A stretch of 64,000 bases of DNA, taken from NCBI GenBank assembly GCA_010909165.1, contig MU008162.1, forward strand, positions 62,001 to 126,000. Reading direction: 5' to 3'. The notes under the pieces are model-generated. The model saw nothing but the letters and a program-made list of their open reading frames with translations, did not search any database and was not told where the DNA came from. This DNA comes from Anthoceros angustus (Eukaryota > Plantae > Anthocerotophyta). The position numbers and the translations under genes were made by a program. Positions 36,499 through 48,961 of the stretch are shown one piece after another. The first letter of the stretch is position 1, and the number at the start of each line of letters is the position of its first letter.

Positions 36499-37672
36499 GA
36501 TGTCCTACCCTTGAGCCAGGAAGGATGATAATTTCCGACTAAGGAAGCCAACGTGGCGTCAAGAGCGCTGCTGGAGCCTGGGAATCTACAGACTGTTGCC
36601 CGCAGATATGACGAGAACAGACATCCTTTTTACGGTAAAAAGCATCACACCTGGGCCATAGGGTCGTGCATGTCTGCCACCAGCAAGTGTGTCTAACAAC
36701 GTCGTACCACATGCAGGAAATTGCCCTCACACCTTTCAAGGTGACACTCCACCGCCTTAAATTTGTTGGGTTCGTTTTGAACCATAACGATGGATTCCAA
36801 AAACCTAGAACAGGGGGAGGTGAGGGCTCGCAACTATTCTTATTGTGTTCCTCGTGCCTATGGTCCTCGATTGAAGTGAAGACCCGGGGACGAAGTGTAA
36901 GGCTATGCTTCAGAGCATCGGGATCCTATACGTAGGGTGGAAGTACGTATCATCGTTTTCAAAAACGTGTTCTATAGTAACTAGCTCACAAAAGTGTGCT
37001 GTGTGTTAGGACTAGCTCCTTCATGGGCTGAATACCGCCTGTGACCCTCCGACCCATCTCTAGACAATGCGAAGTATGTAGGTACATACTTGCTGTGTGG
37101 TTCATGAGTAGTGCTATTAAAATAGCGTATGCCGATTGGCTGGCCTTCACATTTGACACATTCAAGCAGCCCCTTCTACAGATGCGTTCACGTGTCGAGC
37201 CGTAACGCCGTAACGTGGCCGTGAGATGATAAAAGAATTCTTTCCGCGGTAAGTGTTTTGCTATTATTAGCATAGTGACTGCATCACATGTTCGAGTACA
37301 TCTTGCACAAGTGCCAAACGCGTAAAGACGGATGGCGAAAGAAGCACATCTGGCGTAACTGCCCAAGGTTTTGCCACTGTCCGACCCGGCTACCCTAACT
37401 GTGAACTTACACAATCTGATATTACACTCTCTGCTCGACACTGCTTGCCCTGCCGCCGCATCCCACATCTGCCTGAGCCGCGTTCGTCAGGTTGGACTAC
37501 CGATCTTGCTTACACGTAGATCCGCTGCCCTTGCTCACCTTCGTGCGTTCGAGCGTATTTTTGTTTCTGTCTTGTTCTGCCTTGTCGCTGCTGCGGTGGA
37601 GAGGGATCGGGTGCGAGGTTAGCTGTGGATGCATGTCTGATTCGTTGCCGTTGCTGTTGTGCAGCCGCAGCT

Positions 37673-38188
37673 ATGCCGAACCCGCGAGTGTTTTTCGACA
37701 TCACCATCGGTGGCGCTCCCACCGGGAGAATTGTGATGGAGCTGTACGCCGACACCACTCCCAAGACTGCTGAGAACTTCCGCGCCCTGTGCACCGGCGA
37801 GAAGGGGGTCGGAAAGTCCGGCAAGCCGCTCCACTTCAAGAACTCGGGCTTCCACCGCGTCATCCCTGATTTCATGTGCCAGGGCGGAGACTTCACCCGC
37901 GGGAACGGTACCGGCGGGGAGTCCATCTACGGCGAGAAGTTTGCAGACGAGAACTTCAAGAGAAAGCACACCGGCGCTGGCGTCCTCTCCATGGCCAATG
38001 CCGGCCCTAATACCAACGGCTCGCAGTTTTTCTTGTGCACCGTGGCCACCCCGTGGCTCGACGGCAAGCACGTCGTATTTGGCCAGGTCGTGGAAGGCAT
38101 GCAGGTGGTGAAGGCTATCGAGGCCGTCGGCAGCAGCAGCGGCAAGTGCAAGAAGCCTGTTGTGATCGCTGACAGTGGCCAACTGTAG
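37673..38188 (+). CDS. CYP: Cytosolic cyclophilin (peptidyl-prolyl cis-trans isomerase), 171 aa, intronless CDS
   Basis: [64 protein letters not shown]. Confidence 0.98.
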   Translation: MPNPRVFFDITIGGAPTGRIVMELYADTTPKTAENFRALCTGEKGVGKSGKPLHFKNSGFHRVIPDFMCQGGDFTRGNGTGGESIYGEKFADENFKRKHTGAGVLSMANAGPNTNGSQFFLCTVATPWLDGKHVVFGQVVEGMQVVKAIEAVGSSSGKCKKPVVIADSGQL

Positions 38189-38519
38189 AGTGTTTAGCCG
38201 GTGGATCTCTCTGTTACAGTAGGGTGAACCGGTGCGGAGTCTATGCTACTTTTTCCTGAGATGTTTTCTTAGGTGATGCCGTTTGCAGATGCTATTGTCT
38301 GCTTTCTGCAACTTGTCTTTGGATACTTCTTGGCGCTTTCCGCCATTTCGCTGTCTTGTATTTCCGTCCATTTGCAGCGTTTAAATGCGAGTATTTGGAT
38401 GCAACAGTTTGAACTCTTCCGTCTTTGTGCGTCTTACATTACGCTGCCTCCTCTGAGATAACAAGTTGCAATAATGGTGCGTAGTACATTGGAAAAAATC
38501 GACTACAGGCAAAATAAGG

Positions 38520-41236
38520 TTAGGAATCGAAAAGCATGGCCCAGAAGCCTGCTGTGACCGCAAGCAGCAAGAGTACGGTGCCACCGATCGACAACGAGAG
38601 TTGCAGGCGTCTTCGTCTGCTTGGCCGCATGTAAGGTACCAATATCGAAAGTAGAGTTTTTAATATTGCTTGGCCATCTAGATAGAAGACCTGCACGTAC
38701 GGAATGCTCGTCTTGATTAATTTTCTTGTCAGCCAGGACTCAGGCAAATGAAGCAGGTGAGGGAACTTACAGGTATGCTGTTTGCCACAGCAATTCCAGC
38801 TGAGTACTGGAGAACGTAAGTAACCAGCTTCACCAGCATGTAAGGGAGCCACAGAGGGGCCGACACAGTTATGCTGGCTATGGTTGCCACAGTTCGTGGT
38901 CGATAATTGACAATGGCCAACTCTTCTGCCAACATCTCTGGTTCGCCCACGAAGCTTAAGTGGTCCACACAGGGACGTGAAGTATCTGCAGCAAGAGAGG
39001 AGGTGGAGACACCTCTAGAATCAAGGGATTTCACAGGCTTGTCAGTGCAGTGCTTTGATCGCACAAATGTGAGTGTCAGCAAGGTTTCACCGGTGTCGAC
39101 CTCAGGTTGCAGACACTGTTCACCCTGGAGATGCAAGCAGTAAAGCGTGCAGTGAGAATGCTTTGCCAGAGCAACAGAGTAAAACAAAGAAAAACCTGGA
39201 GAGCATGGATACCACCTTGTTGCAGGAACAGTTGTCAGTGACGGAGGAAGCAACTGGAGGACGTCCACACTTGGGATTTCGGATCACGACTTGTTTGTCG
39301 AGGCAAAGTCCATTCATCTCCATCCTCTCATCCAGTGGCACTTCGTTCTGGGCCTCAGTACACCTCACTTCACGGAAGAAATATTGTCCATCTGGGCAGT
39401 TTGACTGGTCAGTTTGATTCCACTGGCCCTCCCATAACAAGGACTTACTGGTGACGTTCAGCTGTGTCAAATGTGTCCTAAGACCCTGCTTTGATAGAGC
39501 CTTCACGGTTCCATGCATTACCTCCCTCCCCTGCTTTTCCTGCATAGTCAGGCTAGTCTTGATATCACTTGTAGGCACACAAAAGCCTCCCATGGGAGGC
39601 AGGTTCTTGTGCATTCGATTCAACTCTAAAAACCAATCATGAGAGTTCAATATTTTCTGTTCGTTTATATGTAAGATCATGTCACCTGGGCTTATATGCC
39701 CTGCAACAGGAGATCCAGATGAAACGGAAAGAACCTGCATGACCGTAAGCAGTCCTTCATGTATTTAGTCCTGAGCATGGTTGAAGAATTTAGAGAAAGA
39801 GAAGGCTAGTCGAAAAGTTGAAGCTTACCACAGCTCCATTGCCATGAGAGTAGGACGGATACAAAAAGAAGGGCAGCAGCAACAACAGTAACCAGCAACC
39901 TGCACAGCACTGAGAAGACATTTATGCACTGGATATGAGGCTGCATTTCCCGCCTTATGGTGCAACATAACAATTGCCACCAACCAAAACATTCATTTGC
40001 ACAAACTTCGGAGCTCAACGTTACAGTGAGTCAGCTAACACAAGCAGCTAGTGATATCCTCAGAATGCCAGTCATCTGGACGGGTTCTCTGCAATGCACG
40101 GATTCATGGATGGTTGACAAGAACAAAAGCGAAGGAGCAAAAACACTGTACCACTGCATTATGCCATATGCCAGCACAGAGGATGCGTAATGTGCGGAAA
40201 CTGGACAGTAGTTGGAGGGTTTCACGCTTAATTACAACTAGCGCCCCTGGGAATAGTACAAAGGCCAGGAATACTTCTAGATGCTCGATAGCAACTCCTT
40301 CACTGCACTCCCTCAACAACACAACTGTAACAACTCCATGCTTCAGGTTGTCAAAACATAAGAGTTCACAAGAGATGCCTTTCTGAGAAAACAACTACAA
40401 AGATGCGCACAGTTGCTCGACAGAATCCTGGCTGTGTGGAGAATTATATCAATGACGATAACAGCAAATTTCTGACTCAGTAGGAATGACAACAAAAAAC
40501 ACCAGCTAATTCAGAAAACAGACCTTGCAGCTGCTATCCCATGGCCAAATTCATGGATTCCAATCGCTACAGCCAACGAAATTGCGAGGTATCCCACATC
40601 AGTAAAAGGCACGTTCACCCCTGGTATCTGTTACAACGTCTAGAGTCAGGTCACGACAATTTGAATGCTGGACAACCAAGGCATCAGGCCTGCACAACGC
40701 ACCACAGCCGCTATCAACGGTCCTGACGCTTCTGCAGTTGCATCTCTGAAGAAAAAAGTGCCTATAAACCTTGTGGCTTCCCAAGCGAGAACCTGGACAG
40801 GAAAACGTCAACACCCATTACCGACCCCCAAAATCCATCGTCCATTCCATCATAAACGTACATCAGGAAAACACCTTACCAAAACTCCAGCCACCATCGC
40901 AAACAAGCCAAAACCCACTCCACAGGTGTACCACAATTGCAAAAATCTGCCTCCAACACACAGCACGACAAAAATTATCATCCCAAGCCTCGTGGCCATG
41001 GATGGATGGCCATCCATGCCCTCAGGAGGACTCCGCATGGAATGAAATGAGCAACGCAACGAAGCGAACCTCGCATGTCTTCGCCCCAGTGTGTACATGA
41101 AGCTATTGAACATCTCGGTTTGCTTCGATAGATACCTGCCGATGCCAATTCCCACACCACCGACATGAATCCCGGCTGCAGCGTGTGTAAACAGCTGGAA
41201 TTCAGGATGGAATTCCCCGGGGCCTGAATCTGTCAC
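38520..41236 (-). CDS. S2P: Site-2 protease (peptidase M50, MBTPS2-like); multi-exon, start codon approximate
   Basis: HEFGH zinc motif (~40540-40555), LRILCAGIWHN, PDZ-like VLSVSSGSP..ISPGD, NSIP|VFYLDG, and N-terminal GRRHARF..WY..GVGF. Confidence 0.9.
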
Positions 41237-41926
41237 TCACATATACGACTCCAAATGGGACCACCATTCCTCGCTTGTCATCCGGCGAGCATGGGGACGC
41301 CGGTGGCCCGAGGCCGACCGCCCCAGGCTCTTGGACCGGCTTGTCATCATGGCTGCCAGTGTGGCCCGCTTACCTCCCGCTGCCCAAAATGCTGCACACG
41401 CCGGGCATCCCTTCCTCGGAGCCCGATCTCATAACGCCCACCAGTCCGTGCGATAACAAAGCTTTTACATCGGATTACAAATGGTTTGAACGGGCACTAG
41501 CTTTTCTTGGCGACCGGGTCACAGCCTGGAGCAGCTCGTAGTAAGGTTGGGAAGAGGTGGTGCGCCGACATCCAGGAATTCTCTCTTCTGTACCTTTGTA
41601 GCTGAGACAACTCCAGTCTCAACTGTCTCGACTGTTCTGGTTCCCACCAAATTGGGGCGTGAAAGCAAGCGAACCCTGATATGCGAAATCAGACCGTGGA
41701 CTCATGAACGCATCCCCCACCAGATCCCTGGAACCCAGTTGGTCGAAATGCCGGCCCACCCAAGCGCTGCATCGGTTGGGCTGTCGGGCCTGGACTAGCG
41801 CAGAATCGGGAACCCCAGCTCCGTGTCTGTGTTGCGCTCTGGATCGAGGATTTTGACTGGCATAATCGCTGCCGTTGAAGCTGTCTGAACACCGCAGGTC
41901 CCGGTGGGAGCTCGAAGGAGTGGGAA

Positions 41927-44150
41927 ATGAGAGAAATCGTGAGCATCCACATCGGGCAGGCAGGAATCCAGGTGGGGAATGCATGCTGGGAGCTCTACTG
42001 TCTGGAGCATGGGATCCAACCGGACGGGAGATTCCCTGAGTGAGTACTGCAACATCATTTTCTTGTTTGCCTTTTGTTGGGGAGAAGGCATGGCATTCTC
42101 ACCAGATGGTCCAGTGTGCAGCGATACGGTAGGAAATGACGACGCGTTCACCACCTTCTTCAGTGAAACGGGGACGGGGAAGCATGTGCCAAGAGCAGTG
42201 TTTGTGGATTTGGAGCCCACTGTGGTGGACGAAGTCCGGTCTGGGACTTACAGGGCGCTGTTCCATCCAGAACAGCTTATATCTGGAAAGGAAGATGCAG
42301 CAAACAACTTTGCCCGGGGGCATTATACTGGTGGGTGGGATGTTGTTGCTGTTGAGGGACTGTAGTTGGTGGATGCTTCTTGTTGCTTGTGGCTGCAGTA
42401 TGGAAGAAGGAGAATCCATGCACACTTTAACTGGAAGTTTTGTTTCGTGATGCATGCCAGAATGGCAGTCTGTTGTCTTCGTAGACTGACGGCGAAAAGC
42501 ACAGCACTTCCTGCATCATCCATATTGTGCTTAAAATTCTAGGGAGCACGGCAAACATGGATGGACGTGCTGCACCATATAGCTCGTTTCCAAGCTATGA
42601 GGTAAGTCATGGGCAGTTGAATCTGTGTGGCATCCTTGTTCCTATCAATATGTTGAATGCACTTTGCTGTAGCATGTGCATGTATCAGAAATACTGCTGC
42701 CCCTGTTTATGTTTTTACCACCACTATTGAGCTTTTGCCGTTTGGGATGCTGTGTACAGTGGGCAAGGACATTGTCGACCTCTGCTTGGACCGAGTAAGG
42801 AAGTTGGCCGAAAACTGTACTGGGCTGCAAGGTTTTCTTGTGTTTAGTGCGGTGGGGGGAGGGACTGGTTCTGGGTTGGGGTCTCTGCTTCTGGAACGGC
42901 TTACAGTAGACTATGGAAAGAAGTCTAAGCTGGGATTTACTATCTATCCCTCTCCTCAGGTACACACATGCACACTAGAACTATCATTCCCTGTTGTCGC
43001 TATCCTGCTGCTGCCCTTCTGTTTGTGATGCTCATAGGGTTGCCCGGATGCCAGGTTTCCAATGCTGTTGTTGAGCCATACAATAGTGTTCTCTCGACTC
43101 ACGCTCTTCTCGAGCACAACGACGTGTCTGTGCTCCTGGACAATGAAGCCATCTATGATATCTGCCGAAGATCGTTGGATATTGAACGCCCAACCTATAC
43201 CAATCTGAACAGACTGATATCCCAGATAATATCGTCACTAACAACGTCCTTGCGTTTTGATGGAGCTCTGAATGTTGACATAACGGAGTTCCAGACTAAC
43301 TTGGTGCCGTATCCTAGAATTCATTTCATGCTTTCCTCTTATGCTCCTGTGATCTCAGCAGAAAAAGCCTTCCATGAGCAGTTCTCTGTGTCGGAGATCA
43401 GCAACTCTGTATTTGAGCCATCCAGCATGATGGTGAAATGTGACCCTCGGAATGGGAAGTACATGGCATGCTGCCTCATGTACAGAGGAGATGTAGTTCC
43501 CAAGGATGTGAATGCTGCTGTGTCCACCATCAAGACGAAGCGGACAGTGCAATTTGTTGACTGGTACGTTGGCTCACTGTCTCCTCCCATCACCCATTCT
43601 GTGACACAATCGGAAAATCTCATCTCCGCTTGTTCAGGTGTCCCACCGGCTTCAAGTGTGGGATAAACTATCAGCCACCCACGGTTGTGCCTGGAGGCGA
43701 TCTCGCCAAGGTGCAGCGTGCCGTATGCATGATCAGTAACAACACTGCTGTTGCCGAAGTGTTTGCCCGAATGGACCACAAGTTTGATCTCATGTGGTCA
43801 AAGCGTGCCTTTGTCCACTGGTATGTCGGTGAAGGTATGGAGGAGGGTGAATTCTCTGAGGCTCGTGAGGATCTAGCGGCGCTGGAGAAGGACTACCTTG
43901 AAGTTGCTCAGGAATCTGTAAGTGGCTCCTTCCATGCAGCCAGATACAAATGGTTGTGCACTTCTTGCCTGTTCCGTTGGTGTGATGCAAATGCCCTAAC
44001 GGTGTAATGCATCAACCTACTCGATCTTTAGGGTTTGGTTTCAGTTCCTTTTCTTGCTGGTGGCGGTCTAATTTGAGTTCTTGTGGCTGTGGTTCTGGGA
44101 GACAGGGCTCTTCTAATTACGAAGGTGCCGCAAGCTCGAAGAAGCCATGA
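41927..44150 (+). CDS. TUA: Divergent alpha-tubulin; exons 41927-42039, 42122-42330, 42760-42959, 43055-43563, 43638-43917, 44106-44150 (last exon inferred)
   Basis: [75 protein letters not shown]. The first four introns sit at class-II plant TUA positions. Confidence 0.95.
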
Positions 44151-45120
44151 CAGCGTGGGGAGCTGGCACGTGCTTGGTTGAGGGGAGAAGACGATTGTTG
44201 CTAGGGTTAGAACTCAGTCATTTGGTGTCTTCTCCTCGCGTGATCGAGGGGAATTCATCCATTAATTTTGATTTAACTACATGCTGGTGCTGACGCTTCG
44301 CTGTATGCATGTGCACGCCGACACTTCGATGTGTGCTGTGACACTTTTGTACGTGAGACAAATCAATTCATTTCGTGTTGTGCCGTGTCGTGCGTTTGTT
44401 GGCGTCTTAGCATCTGGGTATGTTACAGGCGAGGAGAGATTCATAGTTTGTCATGGTTTTCTTGCTGCTGAGAAGTTCTTCGCTCTTCTACTCCTCCTCC
44501 TGTTGTCACCGATGCGCGGAGGAAGTGTTAAAAACCTAGCTGCTTCCATGGACGTGATGGGCGATGCACTGCTCTCACGTTTGACGAGACTCACCTCCTG
44601 AGTTGAAGGTCGGCTGCGGCTGTGGAAACCCGTTCGTGTCATCGAGGGAGTTGGAGAAAAAGCAGGCAACCAAGTCATTGAAGAGGAAGAGCAGCGAGAA
44701 TCGCTGGAAGTACACAGGGGACAGCAGCTTAATCTGTGCCATTCTGGAAGGAAGACGCTCCGATCCTGCTCTCCCCTTCCGCGAGAGGAAAAGGCAGAAC
44801 ACAGAGCGTCCCCCTCCAGCATCTGAAGGGTTACCTGTCTCCTACACCATGATGCAATGCTTCACTTCCACCCCCGTACCTTCCGGAACGGAACCCATGA
44901 GATGGGAGGAACCCTAGCCTTCACCGTACGTCGCAGGACTGATGTCCTGCCATGGCGACCTGCATGCGTTCTTGATGACAACAGAACGATGGAGGTTCAC
45001 GGACAGCGGTACTCACAGAGATGTGGGTGGGGATGAAGGTTGTACTGTTTTCACGGCCACCTGAATCGAAGCCTAACTGCAAAGATCAGTTACAACTACC
45101 GGACGAGGAAGAAAATACAT

Positions 45121-47443
45121 TTAAAGGGATATGTCCCTCCTCCGGGACTTGTAGGGACGCCGCTTTGGTGGGTTTCCCCTCACATACCGCATCTCAAAGT
45201 CGGAATCAACGCAGGCTAGCATCGATGCTAAACTGGCTTTAACACCCTTTGCAACTAACTTTTCATACCTTGGTTTGATGCGCTTCTCCAGGCTGTACCC
45301 AAAATACTGTGGGTGGCACAGGCAAACAAGTTAGAAACGACTGTGTCCTGTAAGATTCACACACAGTGCGATGCAGCCCAGAGCACAGGAGCAGCTCGCA
45401 AGCTTTTACCTGGGGGAAGTCAACAACCTCGTGCACCGACCGGTTCATCACGTGGACAAGGTAGTAAGACTTGGGTTGTAACGAGCCTCCTATACTCTGG
45501 CCCAACATAGATGGGAACAGCACTATCATGCTTGCAATCTCTTGCGTTTCCAGTCCCAACGACGTGAGAAATTCGAACTTGGGTCGAAGGTTTTGCTCGA
45601 TGCTGCAGCATAATATTTGGGCATTCCGAGTTAGGACATGCTCCATATCTCTCTCTCCGCTTAACCCGTTTGAGCGGAAAAATTCCACAACCGGCTTGAG
45701 CTTGTCTTCGACATTCAGAGTGAGCACCTGAAAAGGAAAGTATCGAAAGCCTTGAGAGCCATTCTGAGCAATCTCTGATTTACTACTTCCAGCTCAAGTC
45801 TAGCAGCTAAGAAGTACATCTTCACTACGAAAAGAAGGGGATGCGCAAATACATACCTGGGGAGAAATTGTGATGACCTTTCCCAGCATCTTCTCCTTCA
45901 CCCCCAGTGTCAGAAAGTAATCTACAGTGGGCTGCATTCCATTCAAGGTGTATCCCAAGATCTGAGGACGGCGGAGAATAACCTTGCCCAAATCATCAGG
46001 CTTCACTCCAAGGTGCAGGAGATAGTTTACTACTGGAAGCATTTTTCTTCTGGGATCCAATACCAAGACCTCGGCATACCTTTTAATGAGCTTTGCCACA
46101 CCCTTCTCTCCTAGCATTCCCTGCAAATATACAGAAGTGTTGCGCATCTTTTCTAGGTTGTAATTGAGAATGTTAGGCCGCCGTGCAATGGCTTTCCCAA
46201 GGCCCCCACCCCTGAGTCCTGCCTCAGTCAGAAACTCCAGCTTGGGCTTGAGATTTCTCAACGTGGTACCTGAGAACAGCTCGGGGGCCTTCCTGATAAC
46301 CCTTTCCAGATCCTCCTGGGGCACGGCTGCCTCCATAAGAACGCCCAGAATGTTCTTAATTCTGTCAGCTGGGTGATTGAGCACCTGTGGCCTGCCCAAA
46401 ATGATTGCTGCAATGTCCTCAATACCTAGAGACGCGAAGAAGTCCGTGATCTCTCTCATATTCCTCTCATCGCTTAGTAACAGCGAAGGACACCTGAGGA
46501 ATATTTGCCCAATGTCGGAGAGAGCGAGTTCCAAGTCGGAGAGGTAAGCTACAAGCAGTTTGCAATGATCCGATCGAACTTTCACCCCTGCTGGACACTT
46601 TGTCAGCAAGGTGGCTATGTCAGCTGGTGTTAGCCCCAAAGATTGCAGGGTAGCCAAGAAGTCCAAAAGGCCACTGGCAGTGGCATCATCGGTGACGTGA
46701 TCTAAGCACTTATCACGGGCAAGTTCATCGAGACCAAGACCAGCAAGGTGGGAGGCTATCTCAGCCAGATCTCTGGTGAAGACCCGGACAGTCTCAGAGT
46801 GAGGCTGCAGAGAGGTGAAGATTCCGGGACTAGTGTCGACCGGCACAAGCTCAGCTAGTACCTTGGGCGACACCTTATCTCCGTAGAGCTCCTCCTTAGA
46901 AGCTGCATTCCACAGGGGATTCCCACTGTCGTACTTGCTCTTCCCTGAAGGACTACTGGTACTGCCTAGGCACAAAGCTGATATCCTGGGTTGCTTCCCT
47001 AACATAGAATGCAGCTTCCCGCCCTTCTTCACGAGGTGAACACTCCATTTTCCCCTCGCCAGTTGGGCTCCCCTCCTGAACCTGGACGACGAGGTTGGGA
47101 GGCTGACACCGGAGAGACGCATACATATCCTTGCTGCCATCAGCCTGTGTTCAGTGCTGCTGGTAGCATCTACATGGTAGGAGGAGGTGGAGGCAGTAGC
47201 AGCACCTCCTGCAAACTCCAGGTACTGGGCGTTCATCCTATGGTGGAGGTGTGAAGCCAACCTGGGTGGAGAGCCCACGACGCTGTCCCCACATGAGGCC
47301 CCGGCCGAGGACCCAAATGCGGTGCACTGGGTCAAGCGAATCAGCTTGGACACACGGTTGGACCAGCGGAGCCTCAGAATGCCCACAGGTACGTGGTGAG
47401 AAGAGCAGCCCGGAGGATCCACGGAAACCCAGCTCGACTCCAT
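45121..47443 (-). CDS. mTERF family protein (organelle-targeted); 3 exons
   Basis: Repeats of LKPKLEFL/..RRPQILGY/..PQVLTLNVEDKLKPVV and terminal PQ|YFGYSLEKRIKPR; introns ~45729-45856 and ~45308-45408. Confidence 0.9.
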
Positions 47444-48042
47444 CACCACCTAGCTAGCTAACTCACAACAGCAGCAGCCTGCTGCTTTCTGCATGGTGCT
47501 CATAGATAATGGGCGCAGGAATGGGCAGAATGGGCAGATGCTGCTGCTCCGGCTCCTGCTCCGGCTGCAGCTGCAGCTGCTTCCACCCCTGAACTGTATA
47601 AGTTTGTCATGGTACATATAATCACAGGTGCAGGTGTGAGTGTGGGTGTGTACTCGACCCCACTGCGATCCACCGAACAAACCCTACAAACAGGCCAGCA
47701 TTCGGTTCACCCAATGAGCACACAGAGAGTGTCATGGAAGAAGAAGCAGGCGGCAAGGCAGCAGCTCAAGGCAATGGCAACACAACGAAGGAGAGGTGGT
47801 AGTAGATTGCTCAATCACTCTCTCACTCACTCACCACTGGCCAATACCGAGAGCAGCAACGAGTTGCATTGCCTCAGCCACATTGCGGGATTGCGTGTTT
47901 CGGGGAGGCAGACAGGCAGGTCCCAGAGGCAAATCTGAAGAGCGAGCGGATGAGGAACGAGGGCGGCACAACGAAAAACTGGTCAGTCCTCATGTTAACT
48001 GACGAAATGGTGGGGCACGGATAGGGTTGGATACTCCTTTTC

Positions 48043-48052
48043 GCCACGTGGC
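48043..48052. promoter_or_regulatory. Perfect palindromic G-box GCCACGTGGC upstream of the mTERF gene
   Basis: Exact 10-bp palindrome ~600 bp 5' of the mTERF ATG; function untested. Confidence 0.35.
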
Positions 48053-48961
48053 AGACTACACATGTACTATACGTTTTGTATTCCCCCCCTTTTGGGTTAT
48101 ATTAATTAGGATTACCCACTTCAGCTCCAGGCCCATGAGATTCTGAAATTGGAATCCATCCCTCAAGATTCCTTCCACCCAGCCCAACCTAAGGTGCTCT
48201 CAGGCTAGCTTCTTGGGACTCGTCTCACCGTCTCACGCCGAGAGCAGCCTACCAAAGGTACACGCATTATCCACCACCACCTGTTCACCCAGAATCAATC
48301 CACATTGTCAACAACGTACTGTATGCAAATGAAGACGAGTAAGTCATGGACAATCGGGAGACACAGAAATTGGCAGGCACGCAGGCAGGAAAGGGGCAAG
48401 CTAAACGCAGGCAAAAAAACACTCCAAGTGAAGCACAAGAAAGCTCATGAGCCAACACTGGATGGCAGATGAACGAGGCAGTCACACCTGCTGGACGTTA
48501 TTTTGTCACATTCTTAAGCAATTATGGAACAGCCAGCCAGCCTTCTCCCATCCCACCAAATTGAATGCAGTTAGCGCATCTCATCAAGCATTACCAAAAA
48601 AAACCTAGAAGGCCAGATTTACAAAAAGTTTCCAGGCTCAAGGTTACCCCACTAGGGATCCGAGAAGCCCATCAGGAAGTTTAAGCTTGCCCACATTCTC
48701 CGCGCCAGCCACCCACATTTGCTCAACGTGAGGGACGACTGAAGACACTAAGCGACTGCCAGCTGCCCAAGGATGGGTACTTCTTCCATGAGATTTGGCC
48801 ACTAATCTGGATGCACCCCAATAAGGGTCCGTTTTCTACAAAGAATCAGTCCTGCAACCACCACATCTTGGACAGCCAATGTACATGTCTGCAAGCTGGG
48901 AGTGAAAATGTGAAGCAGGAGGCAGCTCCCTCCCACTAAGCTTATCAACACCGAAGCGGCT

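Noticed and set aside
37619-38182. 187-aa antisense ORF over cyclophilin (also 35592-36416 antisense to TRS120 and 56118-56708 antisense to CFAP57)
   Set aside because: Shadow ORFs caused by GC-rich codon bias of the sense gene; no recognisable motifs.
42030-42150. Loss of alpha-tubulin K40 as a novelty in itself
   Set aside because: Class-II plant alpha-tubulins commonly lack K40; only the shortened loop and missing acidic tail were kept as findings.
44450-44920. Small gene between TUA and mTERF
   Set aside because: Some splice-like signals exist on the minus strand, but I could not build a convincing ORF or recognise a domain.
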